A stretch of DNA of 64,000 bases from Narcine bancroftii (Eukaryota), in contig NC_091475.1 of NCBI RefSeq assembly GCF_036971445.1, positions 153,760,001 to 153,824,000 on the forward strand, written 5' to 3'. The notes beneath the pieces were generated by a model, which was not told the origin of the DNA, made no database searches, and worked only from the letters and a program-made list of their open reading frames with translations. The position numbers were made by a program, and so were the translations under genes. Below are positions 63,421-64,000 of the stretch, piece by piece. Position 1 is the first letter of the stretch, and the number at the start of each line of letters is the position of its first letter.

Positions 63421-63699
63421 CTGCGCTGCTGCGCGCCTGCGCGTGTGCGCATGTCTGTGTGTCTGTCTGTGTGTGTGTATTCGTGCATGGGAGTGTATAT
63501 ATAANNNNNNNNNNNNNNNNNNNNNNNNNNNNNNNNNNNNNNNNNNNNNNNNNNNNNNNNNNNNNNNNNNNNNNNNNNNNNNNNNNNNNNNNNNNNNNNN
63601 NNNNNNNNNNNNNNNNNNNNNNNNNNNNNNNNNNNNNNNNNNNNNNNNNNNNNNNNNNNNNNNTGTATGCGTGTGTATGCATGTTTGTATGTATGTATT

Positions 63700-64000
63700 C
63701 TTCTTTGGCTTGGCTTCACGGACGAAGATTTATGGAGGGGTATGTCCACGTCTGCTGCAGGCTCATTGGTGTCTGACAAGTCCAATGCGGGACAGGCAGA
63801 CACGGTTGCAGCGGTTGCAGGGGAAAATTGGTTGGTTGGGGTTGGGTGTTGGGTTGTTCCTCCTTTGTCTTTTGTCAGTGAGGTGGGCTCTGCGGTCTTC
63901 TTCAAAGGAGGTTGCTGCCCGCTGAAATGTGAGGCGCCAAGATGCACGGTTGGAGGTGATATCAGCCCAATGGCGGTGGTCAATGTGGCAGGCATCAAGA
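63700..64000 (-). mobile_element. RTE-clade LINE 3' end
   Basis: Reverse complement matches 1-266, with tail GAAGCCAAGCCAAAGAAG. Confidence 0.82.

Larger units (their letters stand above)
62258..63663. other. Assembly gaps (N runs at 62258-62802, 62915-63285, 63505-63663)
   Basis: Runs of N in the sequence. Confidence 1.

Noticed and set aside
62043-63998. Long ORFs of 651, 476, 255 and 246 aa
   Set aside because: They are open only because N runs have no stops. The remaining residues come from antisense RTE sequence and the 14-bp repeat.
62803-64000. Inverted pair of RTE ends as a composite element
   Set aside because: The pieces are separated by gaps, so their order and orientation are unreliable, and RTE 3' ends are abundant.

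Overview
Eukaryotic, AT-rich DNA dominated by transposons, with no identifiable host protein-coding gene, RNA gene or CRISPR array. The repeat mix (CR1, L1, RTE and Rex1/Babar LINEs, V-SINEs, Penelope, CsRn1- and Mag-like Gypsy elements, hAT MITEs) suggests a vertebrate, most likely a shark or ray; this is inference. The youngest elements are a 5'-truncated L1 with a full-length ORF2 broken by one stop codon (27928-32049, 17-bp TSD) and a 5'-truncated CR1 with an open 636-aa RT ORF (7583-9493, minus). Three two-LTR Gypsy proviruses, one 5'-truncated provirus, a solo LTR and a probable ERV remnant all lie on the minus strand, often nested. The most unusual observations are: (i) a Mag-like LTR element with no tRNA primer-binding site, a hairpin across the LTR/internal boundary and gag starting 24 nt after the LTR; (ii) three separate insertions copied from nearby sequence; (iii) a 5'-inverted L1 and an internally deleted L1; (iv) a palindromic MITE with a one-sided 28-bp array; (v) a CR1-derived 29-bp minisatellite with a 300-bp higher-order repeat. 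The last 1.7 kb contains three N gaps. All calls were made by eye without database searches, and boundaries of old elements are approximate.
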